Assembly (NCBI RefSeq): GCF_006345805.1
Contig: NC_043014.1
Coordinates: forward strand, 34,410,001-34,474,000
Source: Octopus sinensis
Lineage: Eukaryota
Reading direction: 5' to 3'
Length of the DNA: 64,000 nucleotides
Shown here: piece after piece, positions 1-12,637 of the stretch
Position numbering within the stretch: the stretch's first letter is position 1
Layout of the letters: each line of letters begins with the position of its first letter
Notes under the pieces: model-generated
The model's database searches: none
Seen by the model: the letters and a program-made list of their open reading frames with translations, nothing else
What the model was told of the DNA's origin: nothing
Translations under genes and position numbers: made by a program

Positions 1-554
1 ACAAAATTTCCTGTAACTGTCTTGGACTTAGGGTTGTCAGCAATGAAGTCCATGTGATTCCTCCTTACTTCTCTCCACACAGCCTTAGCATTAACTCTGC
101 CACCTACATTGAGGTCCAGAAAATAATTGTTAAGCCCTGGATAAATAGTGTATGCAATGGAAGGCCATATATGTTTCAGTAAGACTCTGCACTATCACTC
201 GTGGCTCTAGTAACACAGGAATGGATGGCTGAAAACTTTCAGGATTACATAACCCCAACATTTGGCCTCCTAATTCTCCAGATCTCAATCCATTGGATTG
301 TTACATTTGGAACGTTGTTGAGAGAGAGGTCAATGAACACGCCCATAACACCAAAGATTTTTTGAAAGCTGCCATAGTCAGAGTAATGTCCAAAATGAAC
401 CAGGACCACTCGATTCGAGAATGTAGATGATTAAGATCTCATATAGAAGCAGTTGTTGAAGCTGAAGGTGGCTTTATTGAATAACATTGTAGAAAAGGTT
501 TATTTTTATCCTTATGGCATTTTTTGATAAAGTTGTTATATATGTTTTTGCACC

Positions 555-557
<3 letters not shown>
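1..557 (+). mobile_element. Tc1/mariner DD37D (maT/mori-like) transposon, degenerate 3' part with right terminus
   Basis: Manual translation across a stop and a 1-nt frameshift gives ...YMFQ*DSALSLVALVTQEWMAENFQDYITP(NI)WPPNSPDLNPLDCYIWNVVEREVN...IEAVVEAEGGFIE*. There are 37 residues between the 2nd and 3rd catalytic D. The element ends ...TTTTTGCACCCTG followed by a TA that runs into a (TA)n tract. Confidence 0.8.
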
Positions 558-600
<43 letters not shown>

Positions 601-878
601 ACAAGAAAATTGAAATTGGGAAGTTAATAATTGTTTACTATTAACAGCAAATTAATCATCTTACAGCTAGCTGTTTCATTTAATACTTAGTAAATATTGA
701 ATTTATATTTATATGACCTGAACATAATATCTTCAGAGGGAAAGAAAATATATATACACCCTTGGATGTTTTATGTGTGTTTATGGATTCCATTATAGCA
801 GATTGAATGATGCGGTTTATGATTTGTATTGTTATATGTTCAGGTGAGGGGTTTGCAGGTTGAAACCATCCCACCACT

Positions 879-918
<40 letters not shown>

Positions 919-924
919 CATACA

Positions 925-1250
925 TACACACACACCACATGCTTCTGTGTTCAAGTTCTACTACTGTGGCACTTTGGGAAGGTGTCTTCTTCTATAGCCC
1001 CAGGTTGATCAAAGTCTTGTGAGTGAATTTGGTATATGGAAACTGAAAGAAGCCTGCTGTGTGTGTGTGTATTTCCTTGTTTTGACATTTTGTGATATTT
1101 GTAATTTTTGGCCAAAGGGAAATATTACCTTACTTGGAAACAGGTGAAAGGTGGTGACATGAAGGCATTTTGAAAATCTGCCTCAAATAAAAAACAAAAA
1201 CAAAAAAAAAAACTCTGATTGACCTATGCAACCATGGAAAAGTGGATTTT
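925..1250 (+). mobile_element. SINE family B (CACCTTGGGCAAG/GGAAACTGAAAGAAG core), partial; other copies approx 7060-7425, 8300-8455(-), 8490-8860, 10940-11360, 21380-21745, 31845-32015(-), 34640-34730(-), 36880-37040(-), 53680-54050
   Basis: The block GCATGGCTGTGTGGTAAGAAG...GGTTCAGTCCCACTGTGTGGCACCTTGGG...CAAAGCCTTGTGAGTGGATTTGG...GAAACTGAAAGAA recurs throughout the window, with tRNA-like A/B-box remnants and an internal (TG)n run. Boundaries are approximate. Confidence 0.75.
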
Positions 1251-1341
1251 AAATAATGGTGTGTATGTATGTATATCTATTTTTATGTGTGTGTACATCT
1301 ATCTATCTATCAATCATCTATCTATCATCTATCTATCTATC

Positions 1342-1391
<50 letters not shown>

Positions 1392-1394
<3 letters not shown>

Positions 1395-1538
1395 CGTTAG
1401 GAAGGGCATCCAGCCGTAGAAACACTGCCAGATTTGACTGGGCCTGATGAAGCCTTCTGGCTTCACAGACCCCAGTAGAACCATCCAACCCATGCTAGCA
1501 TGGAAAACGGACGCTAAATGATGATGATGATGATGATG
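1392..1538 (+). mobile_element. RTE LINE 3' tail fragment with (GAT)n tail
   Basis: Nearly identical to 29807-29937, the 3' end of the RT-encoding element, and ends in (GAT)n. Inserted in a (TA)n tract. Confidence 0.85.
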
Positions 1539-2527
1539 ATATATATATATACATACACACATACACACATACGCACATGCTCACACACTACATGTACGTG
1601 TATCTGCTCATACACCATTAACCAAAAATATTGTTCAAAAGCAGAGTGAAATACAAGTTAGTCTCTAGAGACTATAAAAGTGGGTTAGTTCGTTCGTTAG
1701 TTAAGCAACTGAAGTTGCCAACAGAATTGGAGCTGGAGGCAAAGGGTGTGTGTGTATAGTGGGGTGTGGCTGTTAAATGTTCGCGTCAATGGGCAGTGTG
1801 ATTAGAAGAGGAAATCAACCAGTCTAGGAAAGATTAGTAGGGTGACGATGCCATGTTAGAGGAAACTGTTTATGTAGGTAGCCAGTATAGTACATTTAAA
1901 ATACAAAACTCACTGGTGATATTACAAGAGTTCACTGCAGTTTTTATTTGTTTATCTATTATTATGGCAGAGAAGTATTTAGTTGAAATGTAGAGGGAAA
2001 AGGTCAACATTAGATTTCTTTTTCACCCCTCATCATAGACGAAAATTCTATTAACAGCAGCAGACTGAACCATAAAACTGGGTTTATTGATTAGTGTATG
2101 TGTGTGAGTTTTTAAAAGATTTTATTACATATATATATATATATATATATATAAATGCATGCATGCACACACATATGAGCACACACATACGCACAGTTTG
2201 TGTATATTTTTATTCCATGATTTGGTCAGTTGAGTGTAGTGAATTAGGTCAGTTATCAGAATTGAAGGTATCTCTTGGTGGGAGTATTTCTCTTTATTGA
2301 ATCTTGATTTTTTTTTTCTTTTAGTTTTGCTTTTATTATTTGGCATCTATTTTTAGCCAAATTGCAATCTGTTTTGTTGCACATAAGCAGGTGCTTTAGT
2401 AATGCACACCTGCACATATCTGCTTGCACCTTTCAAACTGATCGATCCTTGCTTGTTGTGAAGCTTTCTGGCAAAAAGGCATTAAGTAGATATTTGACAT
2501 CAAATTGAAGGTCTTCACATGTCTGTC

Positions 2528-2578
2528 TCACCTTGCTCGCCTCTATTTCACCTTGCTCGCCTCTATTTCACCTTGCTC
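2528..2578. repeat. 20-bp tandem repeat TCACCTTGCTCGCCTCTATT x ~2.5
   Basis: Read directly: two perfect units plus a partial third. Confidence 0.9.
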
Positions 2579-3304
2579 TCAAGTCTTACAGATAGCTCCA
2601 TTAGAGAGTTTATTATTGTAAACCTCAGGCCTATGTAATTTACTGTGATTAAGTTTAGCTTGAGTAGTTGGCATAATAGCAGAACAGCACACACATGGAC
2701 TACGCGCACACACACGTGCATGTGCATACACACACACACGCACACAACTTTCTGCTACTCTATAAAGTACACTTTGAAACTTGATGTGGCTGAGCTATGC
2801 ACATATTTTAGAGGTTTTGTCTGAATTTTCTGAGATGAGGAATTACCATTACCCAACATTATGCACTTTAGGCACGGGTCTTTTACCATAGTCACGGGCT
2901 GACAAATACCTTGTAAGTGGATTTGATAACTGAATGAAGGCCGTTGTGTATGTGTGTGTGATTGTTTATATTTGTGTTTCTTTAAAAATCACTGAGCTAC
3001 CAGCAGTGGGGATGTGATCATTTCGTGTCAACAAAATTGTCCTCTGGGTTTATGGTATTGAAGATATGTGGAATAAGGTTTTCTTGCTTGAAAACCAGGT
3101 AAGCATTAGTGACAGGAACAGCATCCAATAGTAAAATAATGTCCCAGTTATATATTTGTCTACTAACCTATGCAAGAATGAAAATGGATGAGCATTCTCA
3201 TCTTGATTGTTAGTCAAGATAGCATTTTGGGCTATTGTATACCTTGGCCTTCTTCAGATGCTTGCTGTATTTACTAATATTCTTTGAATTTTAAACACTC
3301 TTTA

Positions 3305-3514
3305 TGAACCCTTTCGTTACCAACCCGGCTGAAACCGGCTCTGGCTCTGAGTACAAATGTCTTTTCATAAGTTTTGAATTAAAATCTTCCACAATTTATG
3401 TTCCTAACACTAGCTGAATGATAACTAAGTTATTTTACTAAATTCTTTGTTATATTTGAAATTAATTGAAAGAAACATGGTATCTCAACAGAAATATGGT
3501 AACAAAAGGGTTAA
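3305..3514. mobile_element. TTAA-flanked MITE family 1 (TIR CCCTTT(C/T)GTTACCA), piggyBac-type
   Basis: TGAA-CCCTTTCGTTACCA ... TGGTAACAAAAGGG-TTAA. Homologous to 20911-21360 and 26494-30103 in the opposite orientation. Confidence 0.8.
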
Positions 3515-4381
3515 AACCACCTGGAATTTATATATGGTTCAGTTGAAATACCCAAAATGTTACTGAATATGCTAGACACCTGAAGAAAACCAGAGTGTAT
3601 AATGGCCAAAATGTTGTGACTATAACAACCATGATAAGGCCCTTAGTTGAAATATACCAAGTGTATAACAGCATAATTGTTGTTCAGATCTTTTGCTCCC
3701 TTTGTCTTGTAATCTTTCAGATTGTAAGAAGGTTGGTGCAGGAATATTCTGTGATTAAGATACTTGCAATGCAAATACATGGTTTAAGTTCAACTCCTCT
3801 GCATGACACTTTGAAAAAAAGTATCTTTTGTCATAGCTTCAGCTCAATCAAAGCCATGTGAATAAAATGATTGATGATGGAGACTGTGGAAGCATATCAG
3901 AGAGATTGTTCTTGTTCTTTAGTGGTGAACATTGTCCATTACGTAGTTTAACACCACCATCACACCCTTGGGTATCTTTAGTAGAGTCTGCTCTGTCGCA
4001 AGCTTTTCAGCTAGTTCTTCTTACATGTCTAAATTCTTGTCCTTGTGACTATTTGCCGGTTAACTTAGCCAGAGCCCCAGTTCAGTACTAGTAATGTGAT
4101 TATTTACTCATCATCATCATTGTTTAATGTCCACTTTCCATACTGACATGGGTTGGACGGGTTGATATGGAGCTGGCTAGCAGGGAGTTGTTCAGACTCC
4201 AACTGCCTGTTGTGGCATAGTTTCTCTGGCTGGATGCCCGTCTTAATGCCAACCGCTTAAGTGTGCTGGATGTGTTTATGCAGCACTGGCACCTGAATGG
4301 ACAAACCTGTATGTGTGGAAGACAGTAATTTTACTTAGCTTGATGTGTCTTATCAAGAACAGCAAATCACCACATCTCACT

Positions 4382-4896
4382 AGTCGGATCTTTTCCTTTT
4401 GAACGGCAGACAATTTCTAGTTAACTAAACACTTTAAAACTTCGTATACTGGTAGAATGTGTCAAAATAAAACATTTTTTTCTCTTGGCTTTCTTGAGAA
4501 AACTGTAATTTTTTTGTTTAACGTAGTTTAATTTTTTGAATTTTAACCAATCCTATGCTCTCTTTTGAACTAAAATCATTTGCTGCATCTAAAACTGAGA
4601 CAACATCCTGTAACTAACCCTAAACCTCCCTCCCTAACCCTAAATTTTTTTTTTTAATTAATTGTTAAATTAATTTAATTGTTACGCGTGTAAAAAAACT
4701 AAAGCAATGGAATTAAATTAATTTAACAATTAAGAAAAAATTTTAGGGTTGGGGGAGGTTTAGGGTTAGTTACAGGATGTTGTCAAGAGAAAATGATGTT
4801 TTATAAACACATTCTACCAGTATACGAAGTTTAAAAGTGTTTAGTTAGCTAGAAATTGTGTTGACATCTGCTGTTCAAAAGGAAAAGATCCCACTG
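4382..4896. mobile_element. Foldback-type non-autonomous element with outer (~115 bp) and inner (~85 bp) inverted arms
   Basis: GGATCTTTTCCTTTTGAAC...TATACTGGTAGAATGTG (4385-4500) is inverted at 4783-4895. GACAACATCCTGTAACTAACCCTAAACCTCCC...TTAATTTAATT (4598-4683) is inverted at about 4705-4785. Confidence 0.75.
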
Positions 4897-4959
4897 GTCT
4901 AATAAAACTGGAAACTGATAAACTAATAATGGTTTCAAGTTTTGGTACAAGGCCAGCAA

Positions 4960-5505
4960 GTTTGAAGATGGAGTAGGTTGATTTTATCGAACCCAGTGTT
5001 TAACTGGTACTTACTTCATCGACCCCCGAAAGGATGAAAGGCAATCTTGGAGGAATTTGCATGCAGAATGTAAAGAGAGATGAAATGCCGCTAAGCATTT
5101 TCCCCAGCATGCTAATGATTCTTATTTCTTTATTGCCCACAAGGGGCTAAACATAGAGGGGACAAACAAGGACAGACAAAGAGATCAAGTTGATTGCATC
5201 CCCGAAAGGATGAAAGGCAAAGTCGACCTCGGCGGAATTTGAACTCAGAACATAGCGGCAGATGAAATACCTATCTCTTTACTACCCACAAGGGGCTAAA
5301 CACAGAGGGGACAAACAAGGACAGACAAACAGATTAAGTCGATTGCATTGACCCCAGTGCGTAACTGGTACTTAATTTATCGACCCCGAAAGGATGAAAT
5401 GCAAAGTCGACCTCGGCGGAATTTGAACTCAGAACGTAGCGGCAGATGAAATACTGCTAAGCATTTTGCCCCGTGTGCTAACGTTTCTGCCAGCTCACCA
5501 CCATA
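4960..5505 (-). mobile_element. Cluster of SINE family A copies (GAGCTGGCAGAAACGTTAGC...GTCGAC...CTTTCATCCTTTCGGGGTCGAT...AAAGAAATA); other copies approx 12390-12600, 19660-19835, 26205-26390, 37520-37725(-), 44510-44725(-), 46855-47245 (tandem), 48240-48470
   Basis: A ~235-bp consensus repeated more than 10 times on both strands, with a tRNA-like 5' part (GAGTTCAAATTCC B-box-like) and an A-rich 3' end. Confidence 0.85.
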
Positions 5506-6181
5506 ATTGATAAAATGAAAATTTAAAAAAATACTTGTTTCAACAATTATATCTAGTTAAGTACAGAGATGAAGTATTATAAATATATCTGTGTCAGTAG
5601 AGGAGATTGCTATAGCTATGTCAGTAAATACCCTCCCACACAAGCTGCTATTCTTGTGTATAGCCGGGTGGTCGGTGGTCATCTGTAGTTTTGTGGTGTA
5701 AAATAGTTTCATTACTTGTAGCTTGATAAAAACTAGCCAGTCAGGTCAACTGGTTATCTACTTGTTAGACAGGGCAAAAAGCCAGATTGATTTTGTTTTG
5801 ACTGGGGAAAACAAGGAAGGTAAAACAGTAAATACAAAGACAATCCCTTGTGTGGAATAATAATTCTCAGCATAGATTTACCTGATTTCATGTTTCAAAC
5901 AATGAAGCAAAGAGCTAACCAGTAGAGGAGTTGCTAAAAAGTGCTTCGGTGAAAGCTTATATATGCAACAAAAGGCATATAGTTGATTAAACCAAAAGTA
6001 CGTACTTCAGTGGAAATAATTATTCTAAAACAAATATTAATATTACTCACCAAAGACTTCATTAAAGAAATTCATTATAAATTTATTTCGATTAGCTTAA
6101 AGACCCCCAGAATAGAATAAGTCACATATATCCTTGAGGCAATAGCTATTATTTTCTCTTTAAACCATTGAATGTAAATTA

Positions 6182-6445
6182 TCATCATCATCATTGTTTA
6201 ATGTCCGCTTTCCATGCTAGCATGGGTTGGATGATTTGACTGAGGTCTGGCGAACCAATCTGATCTGGCAGAGTTTCTACAGCTGGATGCCCTTCCTAAC
6301 GCCAACCACTCTGAGAGTAGTGGGTGCTTTTATGTGCCACCAGCACCTCGGCCAGTTAGGTGGTACTCGCAACGGCCACGCTCAAATGGTGCTTTTTATG
6401 TGCCACCTGCACAGGAGCCAGTCCAGCGGCACTGGCAACGACCTC
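6182..6445 (-). mobile_element. RTE LINE 3' UTR fragment; similar fragments approx 4108-4400(-), 13466-13755(-), 24150-24425(+), 31388-31830(-), 39180-39266(+), 40160-40400(+), 50692-50885(-)
   Basis: (CAT)n-CGTCCG-CCATGCTAGCATGGGTTGGAC...GGATGCCCTTCCTAACGCCAACCAC matches the reverse complement of the 3' UTR of the RTE at 26558-29937. Confidence 0.8.
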
Positions 6446-8253
6446 GATAAAAAAAAGAATTAGTTTACAGTGATCGGAAATGTTGACTTAAGTTGATTAA
6501 ATATACGTTTCAATGAAGCCCGTAGTTAGTAATGTCTAATATTGGTTTTGGGAAATTTGACAATATTCAAATCTGATAATGTTTGTTGTCTGATAGTAAT
6601 ATTAACAAGGCTATTTTTTATCATGTATATTGGGTGATTGGGTGTCTGAAATACTGTATGTAGCAGTGGGCATTTTAATCTTTTTAATGCTTGCTTATTT
6701 CATTCTTGTGACATACAGCAAATTGTCTGCCAAATGTTTGAAAGACACCATATCTAAAAATACACGAATACCTCCTCCAGTTGCATTTTAAATATTTTCC
6801 TTTTAAAATTTCATTTGTACTCAGTGATTAATCAAGTATTTTTCTAATTGGGATTTAGCTATTTTCATTAATGTTTTCTTATCACAAAACTTTTTAAGTT
6901 ACACACACACACACCTGCATTAGCATTTATTTTGCAGATTCAGTTAGTTTTCTCCAGTTGTAACTATAACATGAATAACTGCAATCCTCTATCCTCTGCT
7001 GTTGGTCATTTGAAGCTGGTCTGCATTTATTTGAAGAGAGCAAATATTTGAACAACAACAGGTACAGGCATACCTGTGTAGTAAGAAGCTTGTTTCCCAA
7101 CCATGTGGTTCCTGCTGCATGGCACCTTGGGCAAATGTCTGCTATAGCTTCAGGCCTTGTGGGTGGATTTGGTGGACAGAAACTGAAAGCAGCTGTTCAT
7201 GTATGTGTGTGTGTTTGTCCTCCTTCATTGCTTGACAACCTGTGTTGGTGAGTATGTTTCCATAAATTAGCAGTTTGGCAAAAGAGATTGATAGAATAAG
7301 TACCAGGTTTTAAAAAAAATATTTAAGAAATTAACTAAATACTAGGGCCCCATTCACTCAACTAAAATTCTTCAAAACAGTGCCTCAGTATGGCCGCAGT
7401 CTAATGAGTGAAACAAGTAAAAGAACTGTTATTAGCATGAGGTATGTTCCTCAATCAATTACATGTCAGTTGTCTACCAGATTAATTCTGCCGATCTCCA
7501 AATGTTGAATTAGAATTAACAGCAACAGGGATGATTAAACTTTTGAGATTTGGTGGAATCTAAGTTGAGGGTTAATAGTTTTTTACTGGTCAACATGTCT
7601 AGGGGTCTGCCTTAAGAATGTTACATGAATGAAGTAATTCTCAAATTATTTGAACTTTGAATTACAAAAATTGCATCAGTAATTATTTTCTTCAAAATGT
7701 GTCTCATTTTCGATAAATGTTGTTGCTGTTTGACCTCACGAAAACAAATAATAAGGTTTTATAAGAATAACCACGTTATCTTATGTATCGCAGCAAAATT
7801 CTGAAACAGAAGTTTGAGCTGAGTTTAACCATTTTGATATCCCCATCTCAGAGCAGACCTGTAATCAAAGCATTCTAACCATGACCACCCTGGCCAATGT
7901 GGTTTTTTTTCTTTACTTTGAAATGTTAGAATCTGGCTTGAAGAACATTTGCTGTTTCTAGAAAGTTGAGTGGCTACACAGTCTCCCCCATTGCTTCACT
8001 AGATGTTTGTCTATATTATCTTTTATCCTTTATAATCATTAGACTGCGGTCATGCTAGGTCACTGCCTTGAAGAATTTTTAGTCAAATTGAATTGACCCC
8101 ACTACTTAATTTTCTTAAAGCTGATACTTATTCTATTGGTCTCTTTTGCTGAACTACTAAGTTATGGGACATAAACTCACTAATACCAGTTGTCAAGCGG
8201 TGTAGGATGCACGCACGCACGCACGCACACACGCACGCACGCACACATGCACG

Positions 8254-8284
<31 letters not shown>

Positions 8285-8973
8285 ACACACACACACGCAC
8301 ACACGTCTCTTTCAGTTTCTGTCTACCAAATCCATTCACATGGCTTTGGTTAGCCTGAGGCTGTAGTAAAAGACCCTTGCTCAAGGTCCTACACAGTGGG
8401 ACTGAACCCACAACCATGTGGTTGGGAAGCAAATATTTTACCACACAGCCATGCCTGTCCCTTGTAGAAATTATTAAAAAACCTCTCTCAGGCATGGCTG
8501 TGTGGTTAAGAAGCTCACTTTGCAATCATGTGGTTTTGGGTTCAGTCTCATTGCATTGCACCTTGGGCAAGTGTATTCTACTCTAGTGCTTGGCTGACCA
8601 ATGCTTTGTGAGTGAATTTGGTTGATGGAAACTGTGTGGAAGCCTTCCATATATGTGAGATAGTGTTCGTACTTGTCCCTCCCAGTCAGTTTTTGACAGC
8701 TGGTGTTGGTTTCTTTACATCATTGCAACTTAGCAGTTTCGCAAAAGAAGTCAATAGTATAAGTACCAGATTTAAAAAGATAAGGACTGGGATTTGTTCG
8801 ACTAAAACCCTTCAAGGCAGTGCTCCAGCATGGCCACAGTCTAATGATTGAAATAATAGATACAAGATTGATATCTATGAAGCTTGCTGGACAGGCTTCA
8901 AACTTCCATTTGCAATGTCTCCCATGGTTGAACATTGTGGTTTTTTTGTCTGTTTTACACTACTAATATTATT

Positions 8974-9623
8974 ATATACTAGCAGTATTGCCCGGTGTTG
9001 CTCGGGTTTGTTTCGACCCTTTAGAATTGGAATTTTTGAAAAGTAAAAATTTTGCATTATGTAGCTTGTTATTCTCTTTAAGTGAACATTTTTCTGGTTG
9101 AAATACACCGAAAAATGGCGACACAGCAGTCAAAACATCGTAAAAAATAGGGATTTTCATAGAAAAAAAAGCACCTTTTTGATGTAAATAATTTTTGATG
9201 TTAACATGGTCCGATTTGAATTTTTTCTTCTATGGAAGGAAGAGCAAGCCCTTCTTCTATCATACTCTCAATTTTGGTCAACTTGCGCCGCAGGGTCTTG
9301 GAGGAGATAGTGTTAGTTGAAGGCTACCAAACCTATTTCTTTACTACCCACAAGGGGCCAAACACAGAGAGGACAAACAAAGACAGACACACGGATTAAG
9401 TCGATTATATCGACCCCAGTGCATAACTGGTACTTAATTTATCGACCCCGAAAGGATGAAGGGCAAAGTCGACCTTGACAGAATTTGAACTCAGAACGTA
9501 ACGGCAGACGAAATACAGCAAAGCATTTCGCCTGGTGTGCTAACGTTTCTGCCAGATCGCTGCCTTTTGCAGGCTACCAAATCTGCCATACACAGACAAC
9601 TTCAGCTTTATATATATAGAGAT
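8974..9623. mobile_element. Helentron/DINE-1-like (HINE) non-autonomous element interrupted by a SINE
   Basis: Begins ATATACTAGCAGTATTGCCCGGTGTTGCTCGGG (TACTAG plus a short GC hairpin) and ends ACAGACAACTTCAGCTTTATATATATAGAGAT. This end architecture matches my recollection of DINE-1/HINE-type elements. No Rep/helicase coding sequence is present. Confidence 0.6.
9332..9570 (-). mobile_element. SINE family A with 11-bp TSD (AGGCTACCAAA)
   Basis: AGGCTACCAAA at 9321-9331 and 9571-9581 flanks a full reverse-strand SINE. Confidence 0.9.
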
Positions 9624-11094
9624 TTAATTATAGATTTAAAAAAAATTTATTTGTGAATTTAACAACAAACTGAATTAAACCAGGTTGAAAAAGCAATGAA
9701 AGCTTTGGAAGAAAAGATATAAATAATGAGTGGAAATCGAACTGGTGATTGTGTTAGATAATAAGGCATTAAGACAACATGACTCTCCCCAGACACAACA
9801 AAATAAACTAACCTCTTATTATTGTAAAAGCTTCATGTTAACTCTGAAGCTATTTTCAGCAGTATCAGCAATTATCTGTTGATTGGGGGGAAAATTTCTC
9901 CCCAAAACATTGAGTCAATAGCCACTTAGCTGCAGTGTCACAATTCTGTACTTCCCTAACTGGAAGTCTGGGTGAGTGGAAGGTTGGTGTAATACTTCTG
10001 AGATAACAAGCAATAATTGGGGACAAATCTCTTGAAATTAGGTCCATTGTGAAAGGTTCAACTTGTCTAGGATAAAATGTTTATGAGAAAAATGCTAAGG
10101 GAATTATTTAGACTTTAATAATCATTTATGTAATCACTGTGCTCTTGTCAGCTATCAGATCATTTATTTTGTCTGGTGCCAAAACTTTTTTTCCTTTTTG
10201 TTAAATAAATTCTATATCCTTGAGGAAGTTGTAACAGTTATAAAAGCTAAGTAGATCAAACATCTGTCTTTAGTAGGTAGGTAGGAGTGGGCAAACTTGA
10301 AATTTACATGTGGTTATTTTTTTTTTTTAAATATCTTCCCTTTCAAAGTCGTTATGAATTATGAAATAAATGTCACAGAAAGTAAAAATGTTTTAAGAAA
10401 TTGAACTCCAACGGAATAGGAAAACCATTTGTGAATATCGAAACCTGGAATTTTGCCAATTGTTAAAGAAAATTATTTCATAATTAGTCAAAATGTGTGT
10501 GTGTGTGTGTGTAAAAGTGAATGCTTTAGTTTATGTATTTCTCAATGTTTTTAATACTGATATTTTGCTGTGTTATTGCTGCTATTTTCTAAGAAATATT
10601 GTTGGCATTCTGTGAAAAAAATTTTGACTAATTTCAAAGAAATCTTTTCAAATAATTGTACTCCTTCTCCTCCTCGTCTGTCTGTTGACTGGATCGGCTG
10701 GTTCTATGAGATGCACTGAGCTCTAACACACACACACACACACCCTATTCCTTTGTTGCAGTGATGTTATACAGAATTTCACCATAATGTAGGATTCTGT
10801 AGTGCAAATCTTCCATGAATAAGGAAGTTAATGAGAAATGCATTTTACGCTATGGAATTTCATATTATGGTAAGATTTTCAGGAGCATGAGGCTTCCTCA
10901 GCATAGAGGATGCATATATGTATATATGCACACGTGTGTGTGTGTGTATGTGGCAAGAAGTTTGCTTCACAATCACATGATTGTGGGTTCAGTCCCACTG
11001 TGTGGCACCTTGAGTGAGTGTCTTCTGGTACAGTCTCAGGTTGACCAAAGCTTTGTGTGTGGATTTGGTAGATGGAAACTAAAAGAAACTCTTC

Positions 11095-11141
<47 letters not shown>

Positions 11142-11366
11142 CTTAACATTGTGTGAAATGATTGTCACTGTCATACTTGCTGTGTCACACATTTCCGATA
11201 TTCTGTGAGATTTCTGGCCATGGGAAAATATTACCTTGTTTGGCAACAGTTGAGAGTTGGTAACAGGAAGGACACCTGAATGTGGAAAATCCGTTTCGAT
11301 AACCTTGGTCCAACTCATGCAAGCATAGAAAGGTGGACATTAAAATATTGATAATTATGATGTGTG

Positions 11367-11400
<34 letters not shown>

Positions 11401-12637
11401 CGCGCGCGCGTGTGTGTGTGATACAATTCAAAATAAATTAGTTGATGTCATACGATTCAAAGTAAATTAGTTGAAGTACTGGGTTGTAAGGGGTTGTAGA
11501 ATACTTGGTTGTAGGGTCTGAGTAGTTAAGTACCCTAATTCTAGGGGTTTGTATAGTAAAGTACTAGATTGGAAGGTTGAAAACTTTCATCTGTGACCCA
11601 ATTAGATGAATTCCGTGACATTTTTGTTGTACACTATTTTAATACCTACCTTATCTGTGTTGACATGGATTAAATGGATTGATTGCTCTGTATCAAATAT
11701 CCCATTGTCTTTTAACTAATTAAGCAACTGTCTTGTTATTCTCTCCTAACCTCTTCAATTATTATCTCATTGTGATTTTTCCTTCATCTTATCTAACAAT
11801 TTTTTTTTTTTGAATGCTTATTGGGACAATTTTACAAACTAGTGATTTCAATATGATTGCAGTGTGTTAAACACTAGGACGATTTGAGTTTAGAATTTAG
11901 GAGTAACACAAATATTGAAAGAAAAAAAACATATCTAAAGAAACTGGGTATCGTTGGAAAATAGGAGGGAAAATCTTTGTAAAATAAAATAATTTAAGGA
12001 GTAGAGGTGAGTACTTCATGTTTGAGGCAGGACTCTTCAGTTGTTTCTGAGAAATCTTTGGAAGTGCTCAGTGTGTCCTTTCTCTGAAGAAAACATTGTC
12101 AAGAGAAGTGATCTACATCTTTTTAAGAGAACTGTTAAAGAAAGGATCCGTTTCTATGAAGATGAGCACTGAAAAAAATGATCCAGAGAGGAAGAAACCC
12201 TGTCTAAATCCTCATAAATCACCTCTTCTCGCAGCATACTTATGTTACTAATTAAATGTTATTTAGACACTCTACTATTACCACCAACTCCACTGCTTTG
12301 TATTTAATATCTAACCTTTGCTTAACACCATTAATATATTTCCTGAGTTATTTTTTAATGCCAGCCTCTCTCCTTGTCTCAGTATATATTTTAGGGCTGC
12401 AGGATTTGGCAGAATTGTTAGCACCCAGACAAAATGCTAAGCAGCATTTCTTTTGGCTTTTCATTCTGAGTTCAGATTCTACTGCGGTTGACTTTGCCTT
12501 TCATCCTTTCAGGGTTAATAAAATAGGTACCAGTTAAGTAATGGGGTCGATGTGATCAACTAGCCCCCCCCCCCCCCCCCGCCAAATTTCAGATCCTGTG
12601 TCTATAGTAGAAAGAACATATATATATATATATATAT

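Noticed and set aside
3040-3104. Possible first exon (..DMWNKVFLLENQ|GTAAGC)
   Set aside because: The sequence resembles the 3' part of SINE family B (CTTGGAAACAGGTGA...GACAGGAAG) and has no credible start context.
4615-4775. TAACCCTAA/TTAGGG motifs as an interstitial telomere
   Set aside because: Only isolated hexamers within the arms of an inverted-repeat element, not an array.
11940-12240. Possible L1/Tx1-type LINE 3' fragment (FKRTVKERIRFYE)
   Set aside because: Too short and degenerate to support without a search.
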